Shown here: positions 27,063-40,900 of the stretch, piece after piece
Layout of the letters: each line of letters opens with the position of its first letter
How positions within the stretch are numbered: position 1 is the first letter of the stretch
Assembly: GCA_964016885.1 (NCBI GenBank)
Contig: OZ024741.1
Location: 92,256,001-92,320,000, forward strand
Origin: Eledone cirrhosa
Lineage: Eukaryota
Length of the DNA: 64,000 nucleotides
Direction: 5' to 3'
Notes under the pieces: generated by a model
What the model was told of the DNA's origin: nothing
Database searches by the model: none
The model's input: the letters and a program-made list of their open reading frames with translations, nothing else
Program-made: the position numbers and the translations under genes

Positions 27063-28704
27063 CTCCATGATTATGCGCTATAAGAGAACTGGGCCTTGTT
27101 TCACCACATAAGTGTATCAAGAAGGATTCACAAAGGAAAACTAAATTCAAACTACATTGTTACTGATATTTCAATATAAAAAAAAAAAATTGGTGTCTGT
27201 TTCATATAATAATAAATAAATATATTTAAAACAAAATATGATAATGAAAATAATCATGTATTTATAACAAACTTTAATTTGATGTTAAAAATAGCTCTGC
27301 TTAAATTGCTTTCTATTAAAAATAAAACCCTAAAACAATTGTTTAATTGCAGTTTTTTTTTAAATTGTTTCATTGAACACTACTTATCTTCAAATAGCTG
27401 TGAGATGAGGTGCATAAAGTTACTGTGCAATACACTATTTTATATACATCCTTTCAGATATTGCTGAAGGAAAAAAAAGTTGTAAATAAAAATGTTATAA
27501 AAATTAATTCTGGCAATCTTTCTTTTCACTTTTAATATTGTTTTCAATAATCATATTTTCATTAATTCAAATAACAGTTGCCATTACAATGGAAAAGCGA
27601 ACCATTATTTCCTCGAGGATTGTTATGTTGGTCTCTCTAGAGCATATTCACTTCTTGGGGTAAAGATAAAAATAATAGATAGCAACTAACAAGATAGAAG
27701 AGTTGACAGTGTGTAACAAAGATCATCTTACTGAAGACTACACCTTCAGTGCTATCTGTGTAGACCTTACATCTCTCGAAGCAAACTTTTCATGAAAAAT
27801 GCAATTTCGAAAAATTATGTATTTCATGGTTTTCTAGAAACTTCCAACAATCTTTTAGTTTTTAAAGTAACCATCCTGAAATTCTGGAGATATTATCAGT
27901 TATGAGTATAATATGCTAGAAAAGAAAAATGTATTTGTTATAAACCACGAATTTTACAATGCAAATGTTAAAACATCTATACAGACAAGTGCCTTTCAGA
28001 GTATACAAAACACTTACACAAGCACTATCAAACAACTCTATTTACAAATACTCTAGAAAAATGCATGACTTAACAGTTCAAGTTAACCCTGATTATTACA
28101 GAACTATGGTACCTATGTAGTCAATCAAATTACTAATTAAGATACTCAGATTCATTGGTCTAGATAAGATACACTATGGCTCCTCCAAATGGAGTTTCAC
28201 ACAGCATATTCCAATTTATAATAGTTTATCATATGAGGTGCTGTATTACAAGTCTGTTCAATTTGTTCCTGGGTGGCTGTTGTCATTTAGCCCCAGGTCA
28301 GCTTTGAATGAGCAGATCTATGGATTATAGTTGACCATCTAACCAACTATCTACAATCCATTGCTTTTGATACACCAACAACCACCTAATTAATTACCAT
28401 AAGATACATTCCAGTATGCAGTGACTAATTGATGAGATGCAGTCTGGCAGTTTGGGCATGTTCCACCTTTTGTAGTAGTTTTCTAGGTTCTTTAGTGTGC
28501 CTGTACATATAATGGTAAGGATTGTGTGGTTAGAGGCTTGCTGCTCCATACATGTCCAGGACTTAGGCTTGCTGCTCCATACATGTCCAGGACTTAGGCT
28601 TGCTTAAGCAGGTATCTTGGCATGCCTGAAACATTTTCAGAGAGAAACATCTGCATTCCCTGTTGTAAAATGTAATTGAGTGTGAACATTTTCTCTGACT
28701 GGAA

Positions 28705-29625
28705 GTGGTGGATTGGCATAGAGTTACGGCCCTTTATGGTCTGAGTTCAAATCTCACCGAGGTTAACTTTGTCTTTCATCCTTACAGGGTTGATAAACAA
28801 TGCACTGGGATAATTGCTGGCCTTGTGCCAAAAGTAGAAACAATTATTTTTTCTCTGACTAATTTTTTTTATTGATTTGACATTTTGTATTATATATCAT
28901 ATTTATTTTATAAATCGTGTCTATATGTGCAATAAAGCAGTCTAAAGTGATATATTGTGTCACACTGATTCAGCTTTAGAACTAAACTAAAGGTACATGT
29001 GTATGTGGAAATATTCAATGAGTTACACTATAATAGTTTCAGATTTAGGCACAAGGCCAGCAATTTTTTTGGTGGGGAGGGGAAAATCCCTAGTGCATTA
29101 CTGGTGCTTTATTTTATCGACCCCGTAAGGATGAAAGGTAAAGCTAACCTCGGCGGTATTTGAACTCAGATCGTAAAGGGCCGTAACTCTATGCTGCAAA
29201 GCATAGTGTCCTACGCTCTACCGATACTGCCAATCCACTACCCTCACCACTTACACTATAATAAAAAATAAACTGTCTGTAATTCAAAGGTCCGACTGTG
29301 TCAGATATTGTGTTATACTATTTGGTTTTGGGAAGTATGTCAAGGGTACGTAAGTCTGTGGAATGCTCAACATCTTATACATTAGTTCATGATATTGAAC
29401 AACTAAATGCTCATCATCAAAACCGACGGAGGATCCATCATAATTGTTTCTACTTTTTGGCACAAGGCCAGCAATTACCCAGTACATTACTGGAGCTTTA
29501 TTTTATCGACCTCCGTAAAGATGAAAGGCAAAGTTAACTTCGGTGGCATTTGATCTCAGAACGTAAAGGGTCAAAATCTATGTTGCAAAGCATGGTGTCT
29601 GACGCTCTACCGATACTGCCAATCA
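28705..29625. mobile_element. Cluster of SINE family A copies (+28705-28848, -29035-29243, -29441-29625)
   Basis: Family motifs present; TSD ttacactataat at 29023-29034 and 29251-29262 around the middle copy. Confidence 0.8.
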
Positions 29626-30047
29626 AGCTACTTATTGTACCTCCTGAGCAAGCCAAATATACAGAGAGTACAAAAACTTGTGATGCCATTTAAAAACTGA
29701 AACTCTGTTTTATGTATTCACTAATTTGCAATAATTCTCTCTAATATTGGCACAAGGCCATCAATTTCAGATAAGGAGAAAATCGACCACACCGACCCCA
29801 ATACTTAACTGGTTGATCAAACAACTGGATGCTCATCGTTAAAATTGATGGAGGATCCATCACTGTTACAGTGTTAGTGAGTGAATTTGTCAGGTAAACT
29901 AGATAGAAGAGTCTTTTAATTATATGTTAAAATTGAGTTAACTTTAGTAATTAAGCTTGTGATGAAACAGTATTTGATGATGTCAATGACATTCCTCGGC
30001 TTTGAAGAAACAACAGGAAATGAATAACAGTGGTATTACATACTGTA

Positions 30048-30125
<78 letters not shown>

Positions 30126-30180
30126 GGTGGTAGTAGTAGTAGTAGTGGTGGTGGTGGTAGTAGTAGTAGTAGTGGTGGTG

Positions 30181-30216
<36 letters not shown>

Positions 30217-30231
30217 GTGATGGTAGTGGTA
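30048..30231. repeat. Compound (GTA)n/(GTG)n microsatellite
   Basis: Alternating blocks of agt and ggt triplets. Confidence 0.95.
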
Positions 30232-30573
30232 AAAAACCGTAAATATCACCTCAACTAATTTTGTTTCTCTTAGTGTCCCTGCTTTGGCTGCTTCTAATTT
30301 TAGTAGTGATAATTTGCAAGAGGTCAGTTGAGGACAGCTTCAAGATATTTTAAGATTCGACAAATTGGAAACAAAGCCTTTTAAATAAGACAGTGAATTA
30401 GCAGAGCCTTTAGAAAGTCAAGTAAGCTGGTTTGTAGTATTTGTTCTGGTCATCTGGCACTCTGAGTTCAAATCCCGTTGTTCTTAATAATATTGAGGTT
30501 AACTATATTGCAATTTAAGATAGTAAAGACTCCATCGTCACGATAAGAATTTGATAACAGTATCAAACTAGCT

Positions 30574-31773
30574 AATTTCTTGGATGCATCTCTTAATCTT
30601 GACACTGGCCTATATTACCCTTACCATAAAAACAATGAGAACCTAAATCATGTTAACTTTAAATCTAACCATCCTACTAATATCAAGAATGCTATAGTTA
30701 GTAATATTGGAAAAAGAATATCTAACCTATCTTCTAATAAAAACATCTTTGATGCTAACACCAATTACTATAATAACGCACTTTCTAAAGCCGGCTATCC
30801 TGATAAAATCAAATATAGTAAAGAAACAAATTCTAGAAGAACTTACAGTAGAATAATTAATCATGATCATTCCAATAACTTTAATAAAAGACCTAGATAC
30901 AAAAACATAATCTGGTATAATGCTCCTTTCTCCATCTCTATTAATAACAATATTCCTAAATTATTCTTTAGTGCCTTAAATAAATGCTTCCCTCCCTCAC
31001 ATATCTATAGTAAAATATTTAACAAACACACCATAAAATTTTCTTATTCTACATCCTCCAATATTTCCAACATTATCTCTAAACACAACAATAAAATACT
31101 AAATACTAAATCTCTTCCTTCCAACACTGAATTTCATAATAATAGTAATAGTACTCCCGACGTCATTGTAAACCCTAGGCTAATTTCTGCAAACCCAAAT
31201 ACAACGTCAAACACAACTTCGCTAAATGTTCATAACCCAACTCTAAATCAAGAAACTATTATTCCTATCGCAAACAACTTCTCCAATCCAATTCCTTCTA
31301 TAGATAACACTAGGTCACTCATTAATAATCTCTCTAATTGCAATTGCAATTGCCCTATTAAAAATAAATGTCCTCTCAACAACCATTGTCTTGATAAAAA
31401 CTTAATTTATGAATGTAAAGTTATAACTAACACCAATTCCTTCACCTATTTTGGCTCCACTTCCACCTCTTTTAAAGCTCGTCTCTATAATCATCATTCA
31501 TCTTTTAAATACAAACTTAAAAGAACCAACACGGCTCTCTCAGAACTCATATGGTCCTTGAAAGACAAAAACATTAAATATACCATCTTTTGGAAGAAGG
31601 TTTCTTCTGCGTAATCATACTTGAACAGCTCTCTATCTAAAATCTGCAATCTCTGCCTAAATGAAAAATATACCATTATCTCTAATCTAGATTCTATAAT
31701 AAATAGACGAACTGACTTGTTTTCTATCTGCTTGCATAAATTCCATAAAACATTTCACAAAGTATACAGCTAA
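30574..31773 (+). pseudogene. Penelope-like RT/GIY-YIG ORF remnant
   Basis: The frame of ORF 30580-31614 continues past one TAA to a stop at 31771-31773; the RT catalytic core is missing. Confidence 0.85.
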
Positions 31774-32627
31774 TATTCAATTCTTTATCAATTTAGAATC
31801 TTTTTCTCAAAGGCACATATACATACACCTCTTTTAAAATATACCCATCTTCCTACTTTATTTCAAAGGGTATAATACACTCTATAATACTTGTTTACTC
31901 ATTACCCTTACTCTATTTTCACCTTGTAAAATCCTTCGTAACATATACATTTGTTTTGACGCCAGATTATTCATCCTTAATTCATTATTTTTTTCTCCCT
32001 ATCATCTAACTCATTCTCAATACATATTAACTCTTTCTTCGCACATATTATCAATTCCTTCAATATACAAACCTTAACTTCACATTATTTTTCTCAAATC
32101 CTTCAATACACAAACCTTAATTAATTATTTTTTTTCTCTTCGTTAATTTTCAAATTTCCATAATACTTGTAAACATACACACTTTTTTTTGACGTTAGAA
32201 TATTCATCCGCAATTCATTATTCTATTCTCTCTATCATCAAACTCATTATTCTAAATACATATTAACTCCCTCTCCTTCGTCGCACATATTTTTCCCTTC
32301 GTTAATTTTCAAATTCTTTTAATTTATACATTATCTTCCAACGGTTTTCAACCTCTCTATGTAAAACAATATATCTTTCTCAGTTATAAAAACTATCTCT
32401 CTCTCTCTATCACCCATCTCTCCCCCTATCTCATCCTTCCTCATTATATTCCTCCCTCTCATCTCACCTTCACTCTCATCTCTTCCTCTTTTTTTCATCC
32501 TTTCCACCCCCCCCTCTAAATAAAATATTTTTCCCAATATCACACATCAATCTAAAACTACTTCTCATATGTTGATTTAAAACTGCACTATACACAAGTG
32601 TTTTTTAGCCTTCATATCATGTCCTCC

Positions 32628-32698
32628 TGTTTTATCTGATGAAAACACAAATATTATTGCATGATGATGTTTGTTTTTGAAATGCGCATAATAAAATA
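32628..32698 (+). ncRNA. Type I minimal hammerhead ribozyme, intact core
   Basis: Stem I tgttttat/ataaaata; CTGATGA 32636-32642; stem II aaacacaaata/tgtttgttttt; GAAA 32679-32682; palindromic stem III ATGCGCAT; predicted cleavage after AUA at 32690. Confidence 0.8.
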
Positions 32699-32827
32699 CA
32701 TGGAACTCCTTTAACCATCTTTTGTTCTTATATATTATGTAAACTCCAGTCCTACAAACTGTAGAGTGCTTCTTATCCGATATCTGCATTGCTTTATTGT
32801 ACTACAATAAAACTCACCTCCTACATT

Positions 32828-33019
<192 letters not shown>

Positions 33020-33715
33020 GTATATATATATGTATATATATATAGAGAGAGAGAGTAAAAAAATTGAACGGGAACAAAACAGAGAGGTAGTACGAACAAA
33101 GGTTTATTAGTTTCACGCTCTTGAGAGTGGGTGGTGAGTGTGTGTGTGTGTGTGTGTGTGTCTGTGTCTGTGTATATAAATGTAATCTGAGTTTTTAGAA
33201 TATTAATAATTGTTTCTACTTTTGGCACAAGGCCAGCAATTACTCTGTGTATTACTGGTACTTTATTTTATCGGCCCCGTAAGGATGAAAGGCAAAGTTA
33301 ACCTCGGCGGGATAACATTCGATTCGTTTTCAATTATGCATAGAACACCAGAAGTTTGATTGTAAACGATAAACGATATATACCTAGATATATCGATTGA
33401 GAAAGAAGCTAGTATTTTGTACATATATATACAACAAATGACATGTAGATTTAAATACAAAATTTAAACAAATACTCATATGTGTTCAAATAGTGGTGTA
33501 CTTAGTTAAAGATTATGCTTTGCTTACATAGACATGCATATATATATAGATAAATAAGAGCCCGACCGTGCTGCCAATCGGTTTCGGCCCGTGTGTTCAG
33601 TAAGCCTCGCTGAACACACAATCAGAAAACGCTTGGCGCCATGGTCGGGACTTACCTATCTCTATACCCACTTTGCATCACCTCATGCATTGAGTACTCT
33701 CATGATTAGTGGCCT

Positions 33716-33793
<78 letters not shown>

Positions 33794-33797
33794 ATAT

Positions 33798-34175
33798 AAA
33801 ATAATTAAGTCAAATATTTAAAAGTTGGCTTCGTTTATTGAAGATGTACTGCTATATATATTTCGGTGACCGCCATCATTGGCTGTGACCTCTTCAGGCA
33901 GTCCGAATTGGTGTGGCAGAGACAGGTACACATATTGTTGAAGAGTTTTACTCCGTCAATTCTCCGATATGTCCAGCTCCTAGTTGGGTTGTTATTTCTG
34001 TGAGGAACTAGAATCATATGAGTAAAACACTTCAACAACATGTGTACCTGTCTCTACCACACCAATTCGGACTGCCAGAAAAGGTCACAGCCAATGACGG
34101 CTGTCACCGAAATGTATATAGCAGTACATCTTTAATAAACGAATCCAAATTTTAAATATTTGACTTAATTATTTA
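33798..34175. mobile_element. Inverted pair of hammerhead-bearing Penelope-type terminal repeats (~155 bp arms, 66 bp spacer)
   Basis: 33798-33953 is the reverse complement of 34020-34175; lies between (TA)n tracts; a third copy is at about 56575-56725. Confidence 0.8.
33848..33902 (-). ncRNA. Type I minimal hammerhead ribozyme, intact core
   Basis: Minus strand reads actgc-CTGAAGA-ggtcacagccaatgatggcggtcacc-GAAA-tatat-ATA-gcagt; stems I and II and a palindromic (AT) stem III are present. Confidence 0.78.
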
Positions 34176-34269
34176 CATTACTCCGGAGTAACCAAACCAA
34201 CCTGCGTACTTCGTCGAGTGCTCCAATCTGCATACTAAGGTGTAGGTAAACAACCAACATATACTCAAA

Positions 34270-34311
<42 letters not shown>

Positions 34312-34315
<4 letters not shown>

Positions 34316-35092
34316 CAAATGCATGTATTGAGTTAGAAACTCAAAATAGTCTCATTACAGTAAATTAACTCTTGGAAAAAGATTTTTCCGAGCTGTATAT
34401 AACTGAACAAAAAGGAAAAACGAACACAGACATATATATATATATATATGTCTGTTCAAATCGTAATGGACCAAAATCGCTAAGGTGAAACAAATACTAA
34501 CTACCGACAATAGGGTTTGCTAGACTCAATTTAAGAATAAATTAAGAAAAATAAATACAAACCAGTATTGTGGTAACTACCATCACCCAGGCGGTCTTTG
34601 ATAGAACCTTTTCGCAATATTATTTGTGAAGAGATATAACAAATTCCAGGCTCATCAGTGGGTGATGAAATTAGTATCCTCCCCACTTCTAAGTCAAATA
34701 GAAAACTGGAAAATGTGTGTATATATATAACGCACATGGTTCCCGAACTTAGCGTGTCGCGCATACTTATGCCACTAAAAATAGCAGCCGGGTCTACACA
34801 ACATTTGAAATAGCTCTACGAATTAACGGAGCCGAATATATCAAAAGCATGTATTGAGTTAGAAACTCAAAATAGTCTCATTACAGTAAATTAGCTCTAG
34901 GAAAAAGATTTTTCCGAGCCGTATATAACTGAACAAAAAGGAAAAACGAACACAGACATATATATATATATATGTGTTCAAATCGTAATGGACCAAAATC
35001 GCTAAGGTAAAACAAATACTAACTACAGACAATAGGGTTTGCTAGACTCAATTTAAGAATAAATTAAGAAAAGTAAATACAAACCAGTATTG
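34312..35092 (-). mobile_element. Direct-repeat (~255 bp x2) element enclosing a degenerate hammerhead; PLE pseudo-LTR or retrozyme-like
   Basis: 34312-34570 is near-identical to 34839-35092; hammerhead-like fold at 34581-34667 between the repeats. Confidence 0.7.
34581..34667 (-). ncRNA. Degenerate type I hammerhead
   Basis: Minus strand: stem I catcaccca/tgggtgatg (9 bp), CTGATGA, gc..gc stem II, GAAA, ggt/acc stem III; the cleavage triplet reads GCC rather than GTC. Confidence 0.6.
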
Positions 35093-35130
35093 TGTCTTTT
35101 TTGTTCAGTTATATATATATATATATTATT

Positions 35131-35310
35131 AAGAGTCGGGACCCGACGGTTTAGCTCTTTTTCTTCTTTATTTCTCTTTCTATCTTCTGATAAAGGACTA
35201 AAGTCCAAAACGTTGAGACTCGTTTCCTACTATATCAAGCGCAAAACTAATATATTTCTTCATTATACTGTCTCGTTTGCTTTGCTATATCTGTTTGCCC
35301 TTTGTAAACA
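35131..35310 (+). mobile_element. Penelope-type terminal repeat with degenerate hammerhead
   Basis: tctt-CTGATAA-aggac-taaa-gtcc-AAAACGTT-gaga (two core G>A changes); related copy at 13865-14010 (ctgatgg...cgaaa). Confidence 0.5.
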
Positions 35311-35346
35311 TATATATAGTAACCACGCAGCCTCATTCCTCTTAAT

Positions 35347-35398
<52 letters not shown>

Positions 35399-35548
35399 GT
35401 GCGTGTGCGTGTGTGTGTGTGTGTGTATATATATATTAGTATTTTTGTCTGATGAGATGTCAGTTTGGTAGAGCCTCCTCCAATATACAGCTGTGACCGT
35501 AACTGGACCCCGAAACCAAAGATCGCGCATACATGTTAAGTGTATGAA

Positions 35549-35730
<182 letters not shown>

Positions 35731-35844
35731 ATATCCTATGGCTAAAACAGCACGACGTGCTGTGACCAGCGGCGCCGATTGGCACCCGACAGACAGGTCG
35801 GTCAAGATGATCAAGGTGATATGATATATCGTGTATATATTATG

Positions 35845-36025
35845 TGGATTGGCAGTATCGGTAGAGGGTCGGACATGCTTTCCAGCATAGTTACTTCCCT
35901 TTACGTTCTGAGTTCAAATCCCGCCGATGTTAACTTTGCCTTTCATCCTTACGGGGTCGATAAAATAAAGTACCAGGATTGTACTGTGTAATTGCTGGGT
36001 TTGTGCCAAAAGTAGAAACAATTAT
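35845..36025 (+). mobile_element. SINE family A copy
   Basis: Head, B-box, central domain and gtgccaaaagtagaaacaatta tail. Confidence 0.85.
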
Positions 36026-36247
36026 ATATATAATATATGTATAATATGTATGGGAGTAAGTATGCTCATTTACTGGGTGTTTTTTAGCTCAGTGCAATAA
36101 GGGTCATACAGAGCTGTTATACATTTATAGTGTATATATATATATATATATATATTTATATACATATCGAATTATCATAGCTAGTTCCAGGTCTATATAT
36201 ATATATATACATATCTATATATATATATCTATATCTATATATCTATA

Positions 36248-36294
<47 letters not shown>

Positions 36295-36298
<4 letters not shown>

Positions 36299-36477
36299 TG
36301 AGATGAGCAGAACAAACAAACATTAAACAATTCTTTAAATAAATTAAAAATGATTTAAATATTTACCTGTAAATGGAAACTGCTGGTAATAGCATTGCGA
36401 ACAGGTAAATATTTAAATCATTTTTTAATTTATTTAAAGAATTGTTTAATGTTTGTTTGTTCTGCTCATCTCAATTT
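36295..36477. repeat. Near-perfect inverted repeat, ~76 bp arms, 30 bp loop
   Basis: 36295-36370 versus 36401-36477, one indel. Confidence 0.95.
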
Positions 36478-36580
36478 TTATAGTTCTGGTATCTCGAATT
36501 AGTACCATAGAACAACAATTATATTATAGACACCCTATATATCTCTATGGGTACTTAGTACTCAGAGAGATATTTACCTC

Positions 36581-36618
<38 letters not shown>

Positions 36619-36658
36619 CGTATTATCATAGCTAGTTCCAGTCTCTCTCTATATATAT

Positions 36659-36948
36659 ATATTGTTATACTTTGGGAGGGTCATGTTGCCAATAAGAAAC
36701 ACACGCACCAGTTGTTTCACTCCAATTTATTATAAATTAAATTATAAATTAAAAAAAATTTATAAGTTTCTGGTTGGTTGGTTGGTTCCACAACCGGATG
36801 GTTGTTCATATATTGTCAAAGTTCTTTCGTCACACATTCTGTGACCTCTCATTATAAATTTATAATTTAATTTATAATAAATTGGAGTGAATCAACTGGT
36901 GCGTGTGTTTCTTATTGGCAACATGATCCTCCCAAAGTATAACAATAT
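36659..36948. repeat. Inverted repeat, ~90 bp arms, ~105 bp spacer
   Basis: atattgttatactttgggagg...attataaatt versus its reverse complement at 36857-36948, about 2 mismatches. Confidence 0.92.
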
Positions 36949-37002
36949 CGGTTTCAACACACGTTTTCAAATAAAGAATCTTGCTAAACAAATTCAGAAA
37001 CG

Positions 37003-37148
<146 letters not shown>

Positions 37149-37641
37149 TCTGTTGAGAACTTAATTCGTTTTGTGATATTTTGCAATTTTGCAATAACAC
37201 ATACTGAATTCATCCGCCAAAACTAAGGGTTGCCCCCCTTGTCGAGCCCCACGTGGGTTTTGATAACGGTCAGTCCTTGGCTGGCACTGAACTAAAAGCC
37301 TGTTAAGAAAGTGACTTCCTTATTCGATCATCCTACCAAAAGCTTAACATTATTTGTCTAAGCAGACAGTACTTGATTTAGAAGTTGCAGAAACCCAAAT
37401 GCTGGATTTTACCAACCTTCCAGGGGTCCGGGTATAATTTTCAATCATATTTTATTTGTTTGACCCAATTACTTGGTCGTTTCTATGGCTGTGCGGATAA
37501 TGGTTTAACCATCGTCTCAGTGTGTTTGGCCATTTAACTTATGTTGTAGCTCTAGTTCACTAGCTTCTATGGAGCGCTTGTCACACATCTCGGAAGTTGT
37601 TTTTCGCTAATTTCCAATAGCCGAAATACGATTCCTCGCTA

Positions 37642-37731
<90 letters not shown>

Positions 37732-37994
37732 GTTAATGATAATGCTTTCTGTATTAACCACAAGGGTTTACATAAAGTAGTAGACATTAAGGACAGTACA
37801 GGACAATACAGGACGGTACAAATGAGCATTTCTGCGTGTAAAAAAAACAGAGGATGTAATAAAAAAAATAACAATGAAAAATTCCCCAATAGGGGGGAGA
37901 CTTCCGAGAGACATTTGTGGAGAAAGCCCATTAAAAGGCCACAGTTACCCTGACCACCAGGGCAAGTGCCCTCTCCCAGTTTTCCACCTTTAAT

Positions 37995-40900
37995 TTACAG
38001 ACACATACTCAGAGTAGGCCCATTCAGCCGAGCCACACTTGCTTCTCTCACCCATCTTTCAACAAAATGCTGGGAAGAGAGCACTTCCCTCTCTACCCTG
38101 ATTTTCCTTTTCAAATGAAATTTGAAAAAGTTAATCAGGGCATCACCGAAGAGGTAAGTGCTCGTCTTCAGCCCTTTCAAACGTGTCCACCATACTATCT
38201 CTTTCGCCATGGCCACCAGACAAATAGAAACTGCCTGCCCTTTCCGGCTAAAGGAAGCGGGCGGGGAAATCCTCACGATGGACTCAGCTGATAGCTGGAT
38301 CCGTCCTACACGTGACAGCAGGTGTTCGACATAAACCCACAAGTCAGCAATGCTCGGACACTGGACGAGTGCGTGCAGAACGGTTTGGTCGCCCTGCGCG
38401 CATCTCGGACATGCCCGGCTGACGGCACCTCCATGCCTGTAGAGTTTATCCCGAACTGGCAAAGCTCCTCGGTAGCACTGCCAGACCAGGGATTTCTGAA
38501 AGTTGTCCATAGGCCCCGGCCCGAAAGTTCTTCCGAAGAGATTGGCTAGTTGATTTTCGTCGACGCCTAGAGTTTCTCCAAGTACGTCGTCGCTCTTCCC
38601 CTCCACTAATCCTCTATAGAACGCCAAGGTGGAGTTTCCACCGATCACATTGCCCGATTGGTCGAGGGCTGTGAGCGCCTGAAGACATTCCAGTCTCCAA
38701 GCGCTCCCTCTCGGTCTTCGCTTGACCCAGGACTGCAGCTCCGTCAAGGAGACGAGCTGGGGAAAGACGTGTCTAGCAAACGGCGACCACACCTGATCAC
38801 CGTCGAGGAAGAGGTGGAGATGTCGTAGCCTGGGCGCGTGTCTGCGCATCATCAGCCACGGCATTCCCAACCTTCCACGTAGCGGGTGTTGACAGCAGAT
38901 GGACCTCCTCACCATCGGAGCGCGTCCCTTCCACAAAAAGCGAAAGAGCAAACGCTCCAGCGCAGTCAGGCGGGCTTAGAACAAGGTACGACGGTCAGGC
39001 GGTAGTAGATGACGGACGCGATGTACGCGTTAGCCACCTCCGCTCGACCTTTCAGGGATAGCTTCATCTCCGCCCATTTCTGGGTGAGAGAAGCCACCCT
39101 GCTCGTCACCTCGTCCCAGTGTTTGTTCGTCTGGAGGTCTGGACCGAACCAGACCCCTAGCAATTTAACCGGTCCATCCGTCCAGCGCCCGACGACGCTG
39201 TTGGACGGCATGGACCTGCCTCTCCAGGTGCCGAGCTGCAGGCCCACTGAATTTTCCTGGTTGATCATTGCTCCTGTCACCGCTTCGTATTCTCTTTGTG
39301 TAGTGCCGATCGCCTCGATGTGTTTGGCGTTCGACACCACTACGGTGACATCGTCCGCATATGCTGACACGGATCTTCCGCATCCTAGTTCGCGCGGGAC
39401 CCCACTCAACGTCTCCAGTTTGTGCAGTAATGGCTCGAGAGTCAATACGTACAAGAGGGACGAGAGGGGACATTCTTGGCGGACCGAGCGCATGATGTTG
39501 AACGGTTCCGAAAGGTGACCGCTCACTCTCACCACAGAGCAGATGTCGCTGTGCATGGCAGCGATCCAGCCTCTGAAGACGGGCCCAAAGCCAGCCGCCC
39601 TCAGGACTGCCGCTAGGTAACGATGGTCGACTCTATAGAAAGCTTTCGACTGATCTAAATGGATCAAGGACCCACCCGTGCCAGGTTCCCTAGCTACTCT
39701 CTCTACGATGTATCGCATGAGGTGGAGGTTGTCAGGGATGGATCTGTCGGGAATGGCGCACGTCTGCGCCTCTCCCACCAGACCACCAACGACAAGCGCC
39801 AACCTCTTTGCTAACACCTTGGCCAACATCTTGAACTCTATGTTTAGCAGGGTTATGGGCCTGAAATTATCTATGTTATCCCCCTTGTTTGGATCCTTTC
39901 TCAGCAGCGCCACAGCTCCTCGGCTCACAGAGCTGGGAATTCTCCCGTTCTGTTGCCAGTTGCAGTAGATGTCCGCCAAGAGGCCTCCGAACAAGTCTGG
40001 CATCCGTACGTAAAGTTCATAGGGCAGACCATCCAAACCAGGCGATTTACCCCTTGTGCAGCCAGTAATTGCTTCCCGTACTTCAGCGGCTGTTATCTGC
40101 TTTTCGCAACACCTCGCCTCAGTGGCCGAGAGCCACGGCAGTCCGTCGAGGTAGACACTAAAGTCCATCCCTCGATTAGGCCCGCCGCTGCCCCCGAACA
40201 GCTGGGCGAAGTGTCGCTGGAAAGCTTCACACATTTTCCCGGGATCGAGTAGCATGCGCCCGTCGTGGTCCACCAAAGACCGGATCGTGGCTTTGTTGCC
40301 ACGACGCGCCTCCGCTACTCGGGCCCATTGAACGGCTTTCGTCCCCTCGTGTCTGAGAGCACGCACCCTAGCTCTGACAACGCAGCCTTCGTGCTTTGCA
40401 TTGAAGAATTGGTCAAGGGCCAATTTCGTCGCAAGTATGTCGGTCGCGATGCCTTTGCTTAGTGCCTCGTCTAATTTTCTAACTAGTTCTCCCTCTGCTC
40501 TATTTTTCTCTATTGCTAAAGCCTTACTAAACCTAATGGACTCTATTCTAATCGCTCTTTTCAGAGCAAACCACCACTTGTTGTTGACGATGGCCCCCGT
40601 CAACGCCCGCTTAACTAGTTCGCTAATCCGGTCTCTGTAGGCCTTGCGCGCTGGTAAGGACGCGTTTAGCTTCCAGTAGCCGGGTCCTCGTCTATGAAGC
40701 CTATCTAAGTCAAGCACACAGATCACGAATTTGGGGTCCGTGTAACTGACTATCTTGAATTGTGGACAGCCTATGCTAGACCTATCTATTTCCCTACAAA
40801 ATACTCTATCTAGATATGATCTGGATGACCCTATGCGGTTTGTCCAAGTCCACATTGGCACATTCGGGAAATCCAATCGGTACCTGTCAGACAGTTCAAA

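Noticed and set aside
28533-28604. 31 bp repeat, about 2.3 copies (CRISPR-like unit length)
   Set aside because: Directly tandem with no spacers, in a eukaryotic context with no cas genes.
31612-31614. In-frame stop in the Penelope ORF as a possible recoding site
   Set aside because: The codon is TAA in a 5'-truncated copy; a simple nonsense mutation is more likely.
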